From Prorocentrum cordatum (lineage: Eukaryota): a DNA stretch of 64,000 nucleotides. The position numbers were made by a program, and so were the translations under genes. The stretch covers positions 62,001 through 126,000 of the forward strand of contig CAUYUJ010000237.1 of assembly GCA_963575745.1 (NCBI GenBank), read 5' to 3'. Under the pieces are notes generated by a model. It was not told where the DNA came from. It saw only the letters and a list, made by a program, of their open reading frames with translations, and ran no database searches. Shown piece by piece: positions 62,181-64,000 of the stretch (position 1 is the stretch's first letter; the number at the start of each line of letters is the position of its first letter).

Positions 62181-63154
62181 CACCTCCTCTCCTCCCGTCT
62201 TTCTCCTCCTCCTCCTCCTGCTTGCTTCTCCTCCTCTTATCCCCCTCCTCCTCCTTCTCCTCCTCCTCCTCCTTCCTCCCTCTCCTCCTCCCTCCTCCTC
62301 AGCCGCTTCTCCCCCAAATCGGACGGTGCGCACGTCGTGCCAGACCCGGGCACTCGCCCGGCCACTGGGGGCACACGTAGTTTGTTCATTGTAGCGGTGC
62401 GATTTTGCCCTTTTTTCCTCTCAAACAAAAACAAGGGCCCCTTCTCATCTCCTCCTCCTCCTCCTCTCCTCATCCTCCTCCTACTCCTCCTCCTCATTCC
62501 TACCTCAGTCTCACTCCTCCTCCTAACACGTCTCACGTCCTCCCATCCTCCTCCTTACCCTCCTATTACTCCTCCTCTTCTCCTCCTCCTCCTCCTCATC
62601 CCCTCCTCTCCTCCCCATCCATCTTCATCATCATCATCATCAGGGGGGGGGGGGGCAGGAGGAGGGAGGAGGGAATGTGAGGAGGAGGAGAGAAAAGGGG
62701 GAAGGCGGGGAGGGGGGAGGATGAGGAGCAGGAGCAGGAGGAGGAATTGCAGGAATGAGGAGTGAGAAGTGACGAATGAGGAGGAGGAGGAGGAGGAGGA
62801 GGAGGAGGAGGAGGACCTGGAGCTGGAGGAGGAGGAGGAGGAGGAGGAGGAGGAGGAGGAGGAGGAGGAGAAGGAGGAGGAGGAGGAGGAGGAGGAGGAG
62901 GAGGAGGAGGAGGAGGAGGAGGAGGCGGAGGAGGAGGAGGAGGAGTGGAAGGAAGATACGGCACTGCAGGGAAACGTCGCGCGGTGCGCAAAGACGCTCA
63001 CCTAAGAAAGGAGACGGCCAGACGCTTGCCTCGGAATCTGTCAGTGACGCGCCCCCCCACCCGAGGGATCGCGGGGAGAGCGCCCAGACCCATGAAAGGA
63101 GAAGGGAAAAGGAACTGGGCTGGCGCAGGGAAAGCGTCAGCCCAGAGTTCCAGA

Positions 63155-63460
63155 CAGGCTTGCGGCATCACCTGGGACAGCGCTATGCACTATCCTCCAG
63201 GCTGTGCCCCCCTCAAGGCGATGGGAGTCCACCGGAGCCGCTCCCTGGGAGCGGAGGTGTGTGGCGCCACTTGGGAACGCACAGCTCGTGCTATCCGCCA
63301 GGCCGTGCCTCCCGCAAGATGCAGGAAGTCCACCGAAGCCACTCCCTCGAGAAATGCCCTGAACCAGGTCTGCGGCATCACCTGGGACAGCACAGCGCGT
63401 GCTATCCGCCAGGCTGTGCCCCCTCCGTGCGAGGGGAGTCCACCGAAGCCACTCCCTGGC
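63155..63460 (+). repeat. ~100-bp tandem repeat, about 3 copies
   Basis: TGCGGCATCACCTGGGACAG...GTGCTATCCGCCAGGC.GTGCC...AGTCCACCGAAGCCACTCCCT. Confidence 0.8.
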
Positions 63461-64000
63461 TGCTGGGGCTGAAGATCCAAGCAAGCCGCATTGGGCTGAC
63501 CCGGTCGATCGTGAGAGGACGGGCACATAATCGCATCTAGGCTATCTGCCCGCAGCGTATCAGAGACTACGGCCATCTCATCCTCATCAGAAGAGTGAGG
63601 AGGGGGAGGAGAAGGAGGAGGAGGAGGAGGAGGCGGAGGAGGAGGAGGAGGAGGAGCAGCAGCAGCAGCAGGAGGAGGAGGAGGAACAAGTGGAGGCGTG
63701 AGGAGTCCGTCTGCCGTTCTCCGTGGGAGGCGGGAGAATGGACGGAGGAGGGCGGACGGCGGACGGACTCCTCAGTCCTCCTCGCTTCTCATGCTTCCTC
63801 CTGCTCCTCATCCTCCCCCTCCCCGCCCTCCCCCTGTCCCTCCTCCTCGCCTTCCCCCCTCCTCCTGCTCCCCTTGAAGAAGAGGAGCGAGGCGTGAGGA
63901 AGAGGAGGAGGAGGAGGAGGAGGAGGAGGAGGAGGAGGAGGAGGAGGAGGAGGAGGAGGAGGAGGAGGAGGAGGAGGGGGAGAAGGAGGAGTGAAAGGGG

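Overview
This is GC-rich, repeat-dense eukaryotic nuclear DNA, almost certainly from a dinoflagellate. The evidence is three relics of the dinoflagellate spliced leader (DCCGTAGCCATTTTGGCTCAAG), inferred GC-AG and GA-AG introns, and tiny exons in multi-kb introns; Prorocentrum-like by inference only. Two plus-strand, intron-rich host genes can be stitched together by hand: a Sulfotransfer_2-like gene (about 3.5-29.6 kb) and a Mei2-like RRM gene (about 36.2-60.7 kb). Their introns hold a near full-length but frameshifted APE-RT-RNase H LINE (minus, ~6.5-13.5 kb), a 5'-truncated RT-RNase H LINE (plus, ~48.3-52.6 kb), a decayed Pif1/Helitron-type helicase (minus, ~38.5-40.5 kb) and a decayed Ty3/Gypsy-like element with a C5-methyltransferase-like segment (~57.4-60.2 kb). 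They also hold at least six MITE families, several satellites and long trinucleotide microsatellites. The most unusual signals are: (1) a 276-bp indel-free (GNNCNN)46 register inside the LINE ORF2 linker; (2) TIR elements flanked by variable-length duplications, one of which is itself an intron; (3) spliced-leader relics heading retroelements. Most listed ORFs are artefacts of repeats. All calls come from manual motif recognition with no searches run, and exon boundaries are inferred.
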